Assembly (NCBI GenBank): GCA_033763315.1
Contig: JANRKS010000022.1
Coordinates: forward strand, 1-64,000
DNA length: 64,000 nt
Origin: Deltaproteobacteria bacterium
Lineage (GTDB): Bacteria > Myxococcota_A > Polyangia > Fen-1088
Direction of reading: 5' to 3'
The translations under genes were made by a program, and so were the position numbers. The notes below the pieces were generated by a model. The model was given only the letters and a program-made list of their open reading frames with translations. It searched no databases and was not told the DNA's origin. Position 1 is the first letter of the stretch; each line of letters begins with the position of its first letter. Below, piece after piece: positions 18,641-27,938 of the stretch.

Positions 18641-19252
18641 ATGTTGCTTCGATTTCATAAATCAGTCACGACCGTTTGTTTTGCAGTCGCCGTTGGCTTG
18701 ACCGCGCTTCCCGAGGCGGCCCACGCCACACCCGAGAAAGGCTCTTTGGAATTGCGCCTCCCAGGGGGCCACCTGTTGGGAGGTTTCGGCATTCCCCAAG
18801 GGATCGTTTACCAGGCGCCCACAGAGGGCAGCAATACAACGCTCATCCACGTGGCAGCCGGGCTAGGTTACTTCCTCACCGACAATTTTGAGCTCGGCGG
18901 TCACGCGGGTCTTTTCTGGGGCAAATCGAGCGACTTTGACGAGGCGTCCGCCGGGCCGGAGATCGGAACCTTCGTGCGCGGCTTCTCGATGATTACACCC
19001 CGGCTCGCTTTATTCGCAGAGGGTTCCTTCAACTTCATTCGGCTTAGTCAAGGCGAGGCCACCACGACGGGAACGATCCTGGGTCTAGACGCGGGTCTTG
19101 AGTTCTTCTTGTCTGAAAGCTGGGCGCTTCGAGTCGCGCCGGCCTATCGTCATTCCAACGCTGATACAAGCAGCTCTGGGACCCTCATCAGTGGCACAGA
19201 CCGAAGCATCAACAGTTTCGGCATCGGGTGGGGTGTCGCCGCGTATTTCTAA
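18641..19252 (+). CDS. Outer-membrane beta-barrel protein (8-stranded OmpA/porin type)
   Basis: Signal peptide (AHA); GLGYFLTDNFELG and GLEFFLSESWAL; C-terminal Phe; GAGGG RBS before ATG 18641. Confidence 0.8.
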   Translation: MLLRFHKSVTTVCFAVAVGLTALPEAAHATPEKGSLELRLPGGHLLGGFGIPQGIVYQAPTEGSNTTLIHVAAGLGYFLTDNFELGGHAGLFWGKSSDFDEASAGPEIGTFVRGFSMITPRLALFAEGSFNFIRLSQGEATTTGTILGLDAGLEFFLSESWALRVAPAYRHSNADTSSSGTLISGTDRSINSFGIGWGVAAYF

Positions 19253-19308
19253 CTTTTCGGCTTAAACGAGTCGCGCCGGCCTCTGCCCCGGCGCCACCTG
19301 CGTTCTTT

Positions 19309-20817
19309 TCACTTCGCCGCGGCAGGCAAAGGCAACAGCGTAACCATTGTTTTTTGAGACGCGTTGAAATCGTTGTCGTTCACGAGCACGAGGTAATCCC
19401 CGAGTATCGTGATCGCTTCAATCTTGTTGGGGAGCGCAGGCGTTTGGTTGGCAGCGGCATAGGCAACGCCATCAAACACCAGCACCTTGGCGACGGCGGC
19501 CACGCCCGCAAAGGCAGCGTTCGCCGTGTCGTACTTTTCAAGCGAAGGATCGGTGGCAACGGCATCCCACTTAGCCTCAAGTGGTGCGGCCGTACTCAGT
19601 TTCACGCGGTAGATCTTTGCTACGAAATCCGTACGCTCTTGCACCAAAAGATCGTCGGTGCCCAGAGCCACCATCTCGCTGACCTTGAGATCGGTGCGCT
19701 TCACAGCTGCGTTGTCGGCCAGCTTGAACGTCGCCTCGTTGTCGAGCAGATACAGCCACTCCCCTTCCACCTTATCGAACGCGCCATTGGCCTTGAGCGA
19801 CACCTTGTGAATGCGAATCACCAAGGAGGCATCACCCGCCGCCTTGTTCGGATTCTGCATCGGGCTTTGCAAGGCGGTGTAAAGGAATTTGCCGTCAGGC
19901 GAAAGCGCCAGCGCTTCAAAGCCGCGGTTGCTCTTGCGTTTGGTCAGCAGCCCAGGCAGCCCATCGGTCACCGGGTAATTGGGGTTGTATGCGGCCGCGC
20001 CTGCGGGCTTAACGCCTTCGGGAGTCACGCGTTCAACCACCTTGCCAGCGGCGTCAACGTGCACAAGGCTTGGTCCATACTCTTCGGCAAGCCAGAAGGT
20101 GCCATCGGCAAGCCGCACCAGGCCCTCGGTGTCCATGCCGTTGTCATTGTCGGGGATGATCGATTGGTTGGGCGCAACGGCTTCTTCTTTGACGTAGGCG
20201 GGGCTGATGGGCAAACCGGTCACCGAAGCGCCATCTTTGTCGAGGATGGGCAGTTTGTTTGAAACGGTCACAGACAAACCACAAGCGGCTTCTGGCGCGC
20301 GGTTCAACGTCACCTTTACGATCGTGGGCGAGAACGCCGGCTTCGCGAAGATCTTGTTGTCGGTGGTGGTGCAGTAAACGGTATCGCAATCATAATTGGG
20401 TCCGCGATCCGTCACGGCCCAGAACACGCCTTCGGAATCTTTGGGATCACGGAACGCGGCACTGCCAAGACCGAAGTCGAGGTTGAGCGTGCTGAACAAA
20501 GTGTTGTCGGCTTTTTTCAGTTCAACGGTTCCCATGGGCTCGCTGAACTGCCCTTGACCGCGAGCCAGCACAGGTCCGCAGCCCGCATCACCAGCGGCAT
20601 CTGTGGCTGTGTCAGTGGCAACGGCGTCTGTGCCTACGTCGACCGAAGCGGTGTCACGCGCCCCAGCGTCACTTCCGCCCGCGCTGTCGCCGCCCATGTC
20701 AACGGCGGCATCCATCGCAGCAGCATCCACATCTTCGGCTTCGTCACCACAAGCGACGAGCCATGAACAACAATAAACCCAGCATAAAACGGCAGACGAT
20801 TTCCTAAGCAAACGCAT
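19309..20817 (-). CDS. Esterase-like activity of phytase family lipoprotein
   Basis: LVAC lipobox; TDRGPN, DTEG, EEYGPSL, NRGFEALA, LQSP and NDNDF motifs. Confidence 0.88.
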   Translation of the reverse strand: MRLLRKSSAVLCWVYCCSWLVACGDEAEDVDAAAMDAAVDMGGDSAGGSDAGARDTASVDVGTDAVATDTATDAAGDAGCGPVLARGQGQFSEPMGTVELKKADNTLFSTLNLDFGLGSAAFRDPKDSEGVFWAVTDRGPNYDCDTVYCTTTDNKIFAKPAFSPTIVKVTLNRAPEAACGLSVTVSNKLPILDKDGASVTGLPISPAYVKEEAVAPNQSIIPDNDNGMDTEGLVRLADGTFWLAEEYGPSLVHVDAAGKVVERVTPEGVKPAGAAAYNPNYPVTDGLPGLLTKRKSNRGFEALALSPDGKFLYTALQSPMQNPNKAAGDASLVIRIHKVSLKANGAFDKVEGEWLYLLDNEATFKLADNAAVKRTDLKVSEMVALGTDDLLVQERTDFVAKIYRVKLSTAAPLEAKWDAVATDPSLEKYDTANAAFAGVAAVAKVLVFDGVAYAAANQTPALPNKIEAITILGDYLVLVNDNDFNASQKTMVTLLPLPAAAK

Positions 20818-20891
20818 GCGCGCACCATAGGTGGCGCGTGTGACGGCACGGTCACAGGCGGCGTGTCGGGTTAGCGACAGTTGCGTTGCGG
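20818..20891 (-). promoter_or_regulatory. Putative PHO-box-type promoter giving a leaderless transcript
   Basis: Five heptamers (CCGCAAC, CTGTCGC, CCGACAC, CTGTGAC, CCGTCAC) at 11/11/12/11-bp spacing, then N10-TATGGT-N6-ATG. Confidence 0.6.
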
Positions 20892-20892
20892 T

Positions 20893-21993
20893 TTAGGGTT
20901 CAAAGCTCATGTTGTCGATGCGGATCATTTGGTTGAGCCCGGCAAAATCGAGGCGCACCACGCAGTCGTTGGCCATGCCAAGCGCTGTCACCGCCTCAGG
21001 CTTGATGGCCCACGTAAGCCGCGACCACATGTTGGCCTGCACGCCCTTGCCCTTCAGGCTGAAATTATCGACGAAATAGCCGTACAACGCGGCTGATTTG
21101 CATTCCATCCACAAGGCAACAAAGAGCCCATCCGGCGGTGGAGCCGTGACGTAAACGTCGATGCCGATCTTGGCGGTGGCGGCCCCCACATCGGACGGCA
21201 TGAACGCGCGCGAAAGCAATTGGACCATCGGCGTGGAGGGCGTGACCAAGAGCGACGCCGTGCCCTGCTTTTTCATCGCCATGTCAAGCGCCACTGTTGC
21301 GCCCGTGGGCGACCAACCGTTTGCCTCTTCAAAGCCCCACAAGACCCCTGCCGCCACGGGCGGTGCCGTGCCGCCCGTACCCGCGCCTCCCATACCAGCG
21401 CCACCCATGCTTGAACCGCCCGTACCCGGAGCCCCCGCACCGCCGCCGCCGGTGCCTGTAGGCGAGCCGCCCGCGCCTCCAGAGCCCAAACCACCTTTGC
21501 CTCCGGCTGTACCTGCGTCAGTGACGCCCGCATCCAATCCGGCTGACTGCATGCACATGTCAGCGCCTGGCGAGCTGGGTTTGCACGCACAGTTGCGTGA
21601 ATCATCGGGCCGCCAACCAATCGGCGGGGCTTCCAGTGTGATTTCAACTTTGGCTTGTGCGTGGGCCTCAACTTTGAAACAGGCCACCGAGCGGGCAGCG
21701 GCAATGATGCGGTTGTTGGCGTCGGTGGCCCAGACGAACACGCCCAGCAGCTGCGCATCGTCGCTGCTTCTCAAAAGAACTGTACCGGGCAGTGCCAACG
21801 GCTTGTCGTTCGCGGCCGGCAAATCGTACGTCATGGTGTCGGGACCATCTTCGCGCACAACGATCACATGCAGGGCGCGCACGTCCGCGAAGGTTCCCTT
21901 GACCGTCATCAGCACGGTGGTCTCGCCTCGACACGACAGCAGCAGCCGCGCAAGCGACAAAACGACCGCACAGGCCAGCCCGCGCCTCATCAT
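20893..21993 (-). CDS. Hypothetical lipoprotein with Gly-rich linker and C-terminal beta-sandwich (CBM-like) domain
   Basis: LLSC lipobox; GxGG linker; WGFE...IRIDN C-terminal domain. Confidence 0.65.
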   Translation of the reverse strand: MMRRGLACAVVLSLARLLLSCRGETTVLMTVKGTFADVRALHVIVVREDGPDTMTYDLPAANDKPLALPGTVLLRSSDDAQLLGVFVWATDANNRIIAAARSVACFKVEAHAQAKVEITLEAPPIGWRPDDSRNCACKPSSPGADMCMQSAGLDAGVTDAGTAGGKGGLGSGGAGGSPTGTGGGGAGAPGTGGSSMGGAGMGGAGTGGTAPPVAAGVLWGFEEANGWSPTGATVALDMAMKKQGTASLLVTPSTPMVQLLSRAFMPSDVGAATAKIGIDVYVTAPPPDGLFVALWMECKSAALYGYFVDNFSLKGKGVQANMWSRLTWAIKPEAVTALGMANDCVVRLDFAGLNQMIRIDNMSFEP

Positions 21994-22184
21994 GCCTCGC
22001 CCCCGTAGGGATTGGCCGCACGCCCTGTACCCGCCGTTGATGAGGCAAATTTCGATAACGAAGTCTCATTCCCAAACGTCACAGAACATCAACACTCGTA
22101 TAACGCCGAGTGGGTAAGCAAAAGCGAGGGCTCCATGAGGCAAGAGTGTGGGCCACCCCCGTTTGGCGCCTCGCTCAAGACCAG

Positions 22185-23699
22185 CTACGTCCTTCCCCCA
22201 CAGTCACCAGAGGATAAGCTGCAAAGCACCAGCACAAGGCCACCATGACTTCGAACCTGTGGCGCCAATGCATGACCCCACCGCGTCACCTCGACGTCTT
22301 CCGACTTTTCCACCGTCGCGCCCTGGGGAGAAAGCCACGACACCCGCCACTTGCCCTTGGGCACCTGAATGGCCGTCTTGATTTCACCCTCGCCGGGAAA
22401 AAACGTCGCATAGAGGTGCCCAGGCCAAGCCAAAGTGTGGTGGGCCACCGCCGCCCCGAGTCCGTATTCGATGATGACGCCATCGTCCGGCTGCATTTTG
22501 TTTAGCGGTAGCGAGTTTATGAACTTCTGAAGGCCGCCCAGTTGCTTACGTAGAGTAGGCGAGCCTCCGCCATTGTAGCCGTGCGAGGACCAAGACGGCT
22601 GGTGCGTGCCGTCGGGGCTGCTCACTGTGAATGAATAATCGAGGTGTCCATAAAGCGCTCCCCCCGACAGTAGATAGCGCCAGGCATCCACCAGGTAAGG
22701 CTCATCTGAAGGTCCCTGAAAGCCGGTTTCATTGAACGTCATGGGGCGTCCGAGATTCCGGTTCAACAACAAGGATAACGCGAAGGAATCGTAGTGAACA
22801 TTGAAGCCATCAAGGTCTGCATACGGCCCCGTAAGCTCTTCCTGTGTAAGCGCCACGCCTCGATTCGTACAGTCTGCAGTCACAACGTGCCGTTTGCGCA
22901 AGTTAGCCTCCGCATCGCGTATCCAGCCACTGGCAACGCGAATCCACTCCTTGGTGGCCGTAGGCGGTTGCGACGTGAAGCCAATGATTTCTTGGTTCAA
23001 GAACCAAGGTTCGTTGACGAGATCGAAAATGACGTTGTCGTAGCCGTTGAGTTCTGTGATGAGCTTGTGTACGTAGAGTTTTTGGCGCTCCAGAAGGTTG
23101 CCGTTATTTAGGGTCAGCACTTGCGTCTGTGTGACCTGACTTGTTCCGTTGATGTTGTTCGCAGCGTGCAAGGGAGATCGGGCCCAGTCCATGCCGACGA
23201 AAAACATCACGGCTTCGACAACAATGCCTTTCTCAGCAGCAGATCGCATGAATGCGTGCAAGCGGGCCCAGTAGATTGGATCCCACGCATTGAGATCGAA
23301 TTTGTTGCCGCCATCGGCGGCGCCTGAAGTGGCGCTTCTTGCCCAGGGCGTGAGTTGGGTTCCAGGCGCGGGTTCAAGGTTGTTGTCGGTGATTCCGAAG
23401 CGCCGGCTGTCTTCTATGTAGTCGCCGAGGAAGATGCGAACTTGATTCAGGCCATCGGCTTGCGTCGTTTTTAGGTAAGTTTCATAGTCAAACGCCGGAT
23501 TGATGACGGCCCCGTAGTGCTCGGTGGAGGCCACAAAGACCATCGGTTTGCCCTTCCAATGAAAGTAGCGTGGGTTCTCGCGATCCACACTGACAGGCCC
23601 GGCAACGCCAGGCGCAGACGGACGCGGCTTGGCAACCTGCACTGCCGGGTGGCAACCAGGCATGGCGACGCTAATCAAAGCAACCAGCAAGAGCCTCAT
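22185..23699 (-). CDS. Exported clan GH-A (GH5-like) glycoside hydrolase with C-terminal beta domain
   Basis: Signal peptide with Cys (AMPGC); ENPRYF; DLVNEPW acid/base; FNETG nucleophile. Confidence 0.7.
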   Translation of the reverse strand: MRLLLVALISVAMPGCHPAVQVAKPRPSAPGVAGPVSVDRENPRYFHWKGKPMVFVASTEHYGAVINPAFDYETYLKTTQADGLNQVRIFLGDYIEDSRRFGITDNNLEPAPGTQLTPWARSATSGAADGGNKFDLNAWDPIYWARLHAFMRSAAEKGIVVEAVMFFVGMDWARSPLHAANNINGTSQVTQTQVLTLNNGNLLERQKLYVHKLITELNGYDNVIFDLVNEPWFLNQEIIGFTSQPPTATKEWIRVASGWIRDAEANLRKRHVVTADCTNRGVALTQEELTGPYADLDGFNVHYDSFALSLLLNRNLGRPMTFNETGFQGPSDEPYLVDAWRYLLSGGALYGHLDYSFTVSSPDGTHQPSWSSHGYNGGGSPTLRKQLGGLQKFINSLPLNKMQPDDGVIIEYGLGAAVAHHTLAWPGHLYATFFPGEGEIKTAIQVPKGKWRVSWLSPQGATVEKSEDVEVTRWGHALAPQVRSHGGLVLVLCSLSSGDCGGRT

Positions 23700-23727
23700 C
23701 AATTCACGCAACACAATGGATCCTTCG

Positions 23728-24909
23728 CTAGAAGTTTGTGCCCTTCCACTTAAACGCTTTTTCCAAGCGGCTTGAGAGGACGAGGGCACCAGAGGTGCAG
23801 ATCGGAATCGTCAGGACAGCGAAGCGCAATCCCCACCAAAGCGTGGTCTGTGCCGCCAAGACGGGGGCCAGGATGCCGCCCACCGGTATGCAAAGTTTGA
23901 GAATCGCCATGACCCGAGGCGCGGCGGGTCCCGCGGCGCGGCTGCCTCTGGCCAACATCAATGGCAGCAACCCGGCCACCCCCGCGCCCGCAAAGAAGGC
24001 AAGCGCGTAGAGCACCGAGGCTCCAACCTGCCCCACGGTGAACAAAGCGCTGAAGGCAAGCGTGGCAACAGCGGAAGTGACTACGGTGGCTGAGGCCACG
24101 CGTTCGTCTTTCACCAACAGGCCCAACGCAAAGCGACCTCCCGCAACACCCAACAGGAACGACAACAAAGCAGCTTTGGACTGAGACGAGGCCAAGCGGT
24201 GCGCCTCGACGAGATACAGGGGCAAGAAGCCCATGGTGGCAAGCTCGGCCCCTACAACCAAAATGCCGAACGCAAACAACCAGAAAATGAAACGTGGGGC
24301 GACAGGTTCACGCGCGGTGGTGCCCGGATCGGCTGCGGGGGCCGCCGGCACCGGTATCGCAAAAAAAATCAAACCGACGACAAGCGCTCCCAACGACAAA
24401 CGCAGAAGGCTAAGGTGCCAATCAAGTGGCCAGGACATCAAGTAGGCCGTGATGCCCGTGGCGCCAACCGTGACAAAGAAGTGGCTGATGTTGATCTGAC
24501 GGCTTTGCCTCTCCTTGTGAATCTGGATGAGCAGCGGATCGGTTGTGCCCTCAAACGTCCCCATTCCAACCCCAATGCCCACCATCAGAAGACCGTTGAT
24601 GGCAAACACGGCTTGTCTGAAGAAGGCAGCCAGGGCCGCGGCCATGATGAAACAGCCCAACGAAAGAATTCGGGCCCGCGCTCGGTTGCTTTTGGCCAGG
24701 CCCGACAGTACCAAACCGATGGCGAAGCCTACCTGCTGCAACGCCAACAAGATGCCAAGCTGGGACGCGGAGATACCAACCTCGCTTGCCGTGGCGCCAA
24801 CAATGGCGAAACCGATGCCCAAGAAAGTCATCGCGCCATAACAGGCAAGCGTGATCAACCCTGAGTAGATCCCCTCAGTCCGCCCTGCTGGCACAGCCTC
24901 GGCAGTCAC
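23728..24909 (-). CDS. MFS transporter
   Basis: About 12 hydrophobic segments; GVGMGTFEG and GGRF motifs; GTGA overlap with the upstream gene. Confidence 0.85.
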   Translation of the reverse strand: MTAEAVPAGRTEGIYSGLITLACYGAMTFLGIGFAIVGATASEVGISASQLGILLALQQVGFAIGLVLSGLAKSNRARARILSLGCFIMAAALAAFFRQAVFAINGLLMVGIGVGMGTFEGTTDPLLIQIHKERQSRQINISHFFVTVGATGITAYLMSWPLDWHLSLLRLSLGALVVGLIFFAIPVPAAPAADPGTTAREPVAPRFIFWLFAFGILVVGAELATMGFLPLYLVEAHRLASSQSKAALLSFLLGVAGGRFALGLLVKDERVASATVVTSAVATLAFSALFTVGQVGASVLYALAFFAGAGVAGLLPLMLARGSRAAGPAAPRVMAILKLCIPVGGILAPVLAAQTTLWWGLRFAVLTIPICTSGALVLSSRLEKAFKWKGTNF

Positions 24910-25961
24910 TCGAAACCTAACCGGCTAGGATCGCGGTCAAACGGTCGGACGGCCGCGATGAACCCTTCGCGCACCTGTTCCCAGGCGGCGAGGATGGCGC
25001 CATAATGGGGCTGGTCTTCAGCGCGTTGAAGACGGTTGTTTGCGATCAACCAGTTGTAAACGCGTTGGGTAATCTCCTCAAAGGGAACCGTGTTGCGGAA
25101 ATTCAACACGTCATGCGCTTCGGTATTGTCGAACAGGTTGTTGAACAGAAAATTCTCTGCGCATTCGCGCGCCAGCTGCGGCAACGCACCCTGTAGCAAC
25201 GACGAGGGTATCCCCACCCGCGCGGGAACAGGGACTCCCAAAGCCTTCGCGGTGGCTTCGTAGTAAGCGTTCCAAGTAAAAACCTGGTCTGCGGTAAGGT
25301 GAAAGGCACGACCAAGCGCACGCGGGTTGCCCAAGGCATTGACGATGGCCCGAGCGACGTCTCCCACGTAGCACGTGCCCCACAGCGATTGCCCGTCACC
25401 GTGCAGAATAAGTGGCAAACCCCGTACGATTCGGTCCAGGTAATGGCTGTTCCAGCCGAACAGGTCAAGCCCCTGCCCGCCCTCGCCGGTGCTGTGCCCG
25501 GGGCGGATCACCGTCACGCGCAAATCGCTCGCGGCATCAGCGGCCAAGAGCCACTCTTCGCAGGCTGCTTTGGCCTGACCATAAGCTGTCAAGCCACCAC
25601 GCGGGTGCGCGAGCGTGATCGGGTATTGCACGTAAGGCTTGCGATATGCATCAACAGAGCTGATGAACAGGTATTGCGATGTTTGCCCGCGCAGCGCCTC
25701 AACCGCTTCTTGGACGTCTGTGAGGCCAAACGCCACCATATCAATAACGGCGTCAAAGCGTTCGCCACCACGTGCTGCGAGAGCGACGACACCCTTGGTC
25801 TTGCGATCGCCCACAATCACTTTCGGACGCGCCAGGCCGTCTGGCAGCCGCATGGCCGTGCGCCCCCTGGTGAGAAGAGTCACCTGATGGCCGCCGCTCA
25901 ATAAGACTTCGGTTATCGCTGTGCTGATCAGACCCGTGCCGCCCACGATAAGAACGTTCAT
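24906..25961 (-). CDS. NAD-dependent epimerase/dehydratase (extended SDR)
   Basis: GGTGLIS Rossmann motif; FISS; YGQAK catalytic motif; IRP. Confidence 0.9.
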   Translation of the reverse strand: MNVLIVGGTGLISTAITEVLLSGGHQVTLLTRGRTAMRLPDGLARPKVIVGDRKTKGVVALAARGGERFDAVIDMVAFGLTDVQEAVEALRGQTSQYLFISSVDAYRKPYVQYPITLAHPRGGLTAYGQAKAACEEWLLAADAASDLRVTVIRPGHSTGEGGQGLDLFGWNSHYLDRIVRGLPLILHGDGQSLWGTCYVGDVARAIVNALGNPRALGRAFHLTADQVFTWNAYYEATAKALGVPVPARVGIPSSLLQGALPQLARECAENFLFNNLFDNTEAHDVLNFRNTVPFEEITQRVYNWLIANNRLQRAEDQPHYGAILAAWEQVREGFIAAVRPFDRDPSRLGFE

Positions 25962-26220
25962 CGACTGCCTTCATCCTTAAACATAGTCAGACACCAAGCT
26001 TCGCGCAGTGATACCAAAGGCGCTGCGGCGTGTGCCTTGCGGGTGTTAATCCTCGGCACAAAACGGGACGCGAGCGGCCTGCAACCTTGTCAGCTGTGGT
26101 CGCCAAAAGATTGGCAAGGCGCGCCCCAGTCCAGATCAGTTTGATTGGCTTTAACTCAGGTTATCAGCGCGCCGCGAGCCGACCTGACAGGCTGGTATGA
26201 AAAAGGAGTGCGCTATTTTG

Positions 26221-27000
26221 ATGCAACGACGTCAGTTTCATGCCGGCTTGTGGAGCGGCCTCTTGGGCCTTTCGGCTTGCGGCTCCCTCTTTGGACGCAA
26301 CAAAACGGCTAGCGAAGCAAACGGTCTCGATGGCATGTGGAAGATTGAGAAGCGGCTAAATCATGCCACCAACACCGTAAGGGCAACGGGCCTGCAAGGA
26401 TACAGAATGATGTTGGGCGGCCACTTGGCCATGATCTTCTACCGCCCTGCGGGAAATGATTTTGTGGGTGCGATCGCGGGCACATTTGATCGTCTTGCCA
26501 ACGGCCACGTACGCGAGAACTACCGGCTGTTCAATTTCGGATCGGATCAGGAGCCGCATTCCATTGACTTCGAGGCTCATGCCGACGCAGATACGTACGA
26601 ACACGTTTGCCTCGGCATGTACGGTTTTAGCGAAACATATAAACGCGTGCGTTTGTCGAACAAGGCAAGAATTCCTCAAGGCCTTTGGCAGATAGATGAT
26701 CCGCCCTTGAACCTGCCGCTGCGAGACAAAGCGCAACTAAAAGGTGTAAGGCTGGCCCTGGGCGATTACACCATTGACATCTACAACCAGAATACGTTCG
26801 AGTTTCGCGCGGCCACTTTGGGGCAATGGTCAAAAAGTGGCAACGGCGTTGTTTACACCCCGCTTGTGCAAAGTTGGTCTCGTGACGCTAAAGATCTGGC
26901 TTTAGCGCTGATCGAACTAAGCGATGATGAGTGGAAAGTCGAAGGCTCTGACGGCAGACAGCAGCGTTTTCGTCGCCTGGACGCCTACGAATCGGCGTAG
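26221..27000 (+). CDS. Tat-type lipoprotein with two tandem lipocalin-like domains
   Basis: MQRRQF twin-arginine motif and LSAC lipobox; repeats LDGMWKI...AGTF and PQGLWQI...LGQW; start may instead be 26197. Confidence 0.6.
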   Translation: MQRRQFHAGLWSGLLGLSACGSLFGRNKTASEANGLDGMWKIEKRLNHATNTVRATGLQGYRMMLGGHLAMIFYRPAGNDFVGAIAGTFDRLANGHVRENYRLFNFGSDQEPHSIDFEAHADADTYEHVCLGMYGFSETYKRVRLSNKARIPQGLWQIDDPPLNLPLRDKAQLKGVRLALGDYTIDIYNQNTFEFRAATLGQWSKSGNGVVYTPLVQSWSRDAKDLALALIELSDDEWKVEGSDGRQQRFRRLDAYESA

Positions 27001-27035
27001 CCTGCTCAGACGATCAAGTGCAAACGATTGGCAGA

Positions 27036-27938
27036 ATGAATACGGGTTGCACGTTGGTACTTTATGCCATCGCCAGCCTTGGGCTCGCCTGGGGTCTGGC
27101 GTGCGCGGAGCCGCGGTCGCTCCAGGACTTGCCGTGCCCCTGCTCCGTCACCAAGGGCTACGTCTGCTGTGCGAGCCTTGGCCTGTGCTTAAAGGCCGAT
27201 CAAAAGTGTCCACCCCCGTGTGCCGTCGCCCCCAACCCTTCAGACTACTGTGCAGCCCTGCCGCATGTCAGTGCAGCGGCGATCGACGGCGTCGTCGAAT
27301 GTGGCCTCCCGCTGATGCCTGTGATCCCCACCGGCTGGACGGGCCTCGTGCCACAACCGGCCTCAAGCACCGCGCGCTTCGCGGCTGGATGGACCAGCAC
27401 GGGCCTATATTTTTACGCTGAAATCGACACCACAGAACGTGTGGCGAGCACCAATGATGCGTCCTTGCACTGCGGAGATTCGCTGGAGATCTTTGTTGAT
27501 GACAACGGGACGTTCTTAAACCCGCCCGCTTACGATGCACGTGGGACGCGCCAGTTTGTCATCGCAGCTCCGAACGGAAACGAAAGCACATCCAAACGCG
27601 CCGCCACGTGGTTGTTGGGTCAAAGCGGTGGTCTATGGACCGGTCAGTACACCTCCCTTTCCTCGGCCACTGGTTTCACAGTTGAAGCCCTGGTCGACGC
27701 ACGTGATCTGGGCATCGATGCTTGGGCCTTGCAAAGCGGCGGGTTGGTGGGAATCGATCTCGCGGTCAACGTGGGAGGGGGAAGCGACCCAAGTTGTCCG
27801 CGTCTCGGACAGTACGCCTTTCGAACGGCCGCAATCCCAGCGTTTCCGGCCGTGGCGCCCGAGGGATGCGTGGCCCCCTGGTGCAACACCGACGCTTTTT
27901 GTAAGCCCGAGCTTCGACCGCGAAGCCCCTCGCGCTAG
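27036..27938 (+). CDS. CBM9-like (DOMON) sugar-binding lipoprotein with Cys-rich N-terminus
   Basis: GLAC lipobox; IDG, WTSTGLYF, GDSLEIFVD, GFTVEA and GIDLAVN motifs. Confidence 0.75.
   Translation: MNTGCTLVLYAIASLGLAWGLACAEPRSLQDLPCPCSVTKGYVCCASLGLCLKADQKCPPPCAVAPNPSDYCAALPHVSAAAIDGVVECGLPLMPVIPTGWTGLVPQPASSTARFAAGWTSTGLYFYAEIDTTERVASTNDASLHCGDSLEIFVDDNGTFLNPPAYDARGTRQFVIAAPNGNESTSKRAATWLLGQSGGLWTGQYTSLSSATGFTVEALVDARDLGIDAWALQSGGLVGIDLAVNVGGGSDPSCPRLGQYAFRTAAIPAFPAVAPEGCVAPWCNTDAFCKPELRPRSPSR

Noticed and set aside
19228-20262. 344-aa plus-strand ORF
   Set aside because: Antisense shadow of the phytase-like gene; no motifs; expected in high-GC DNA
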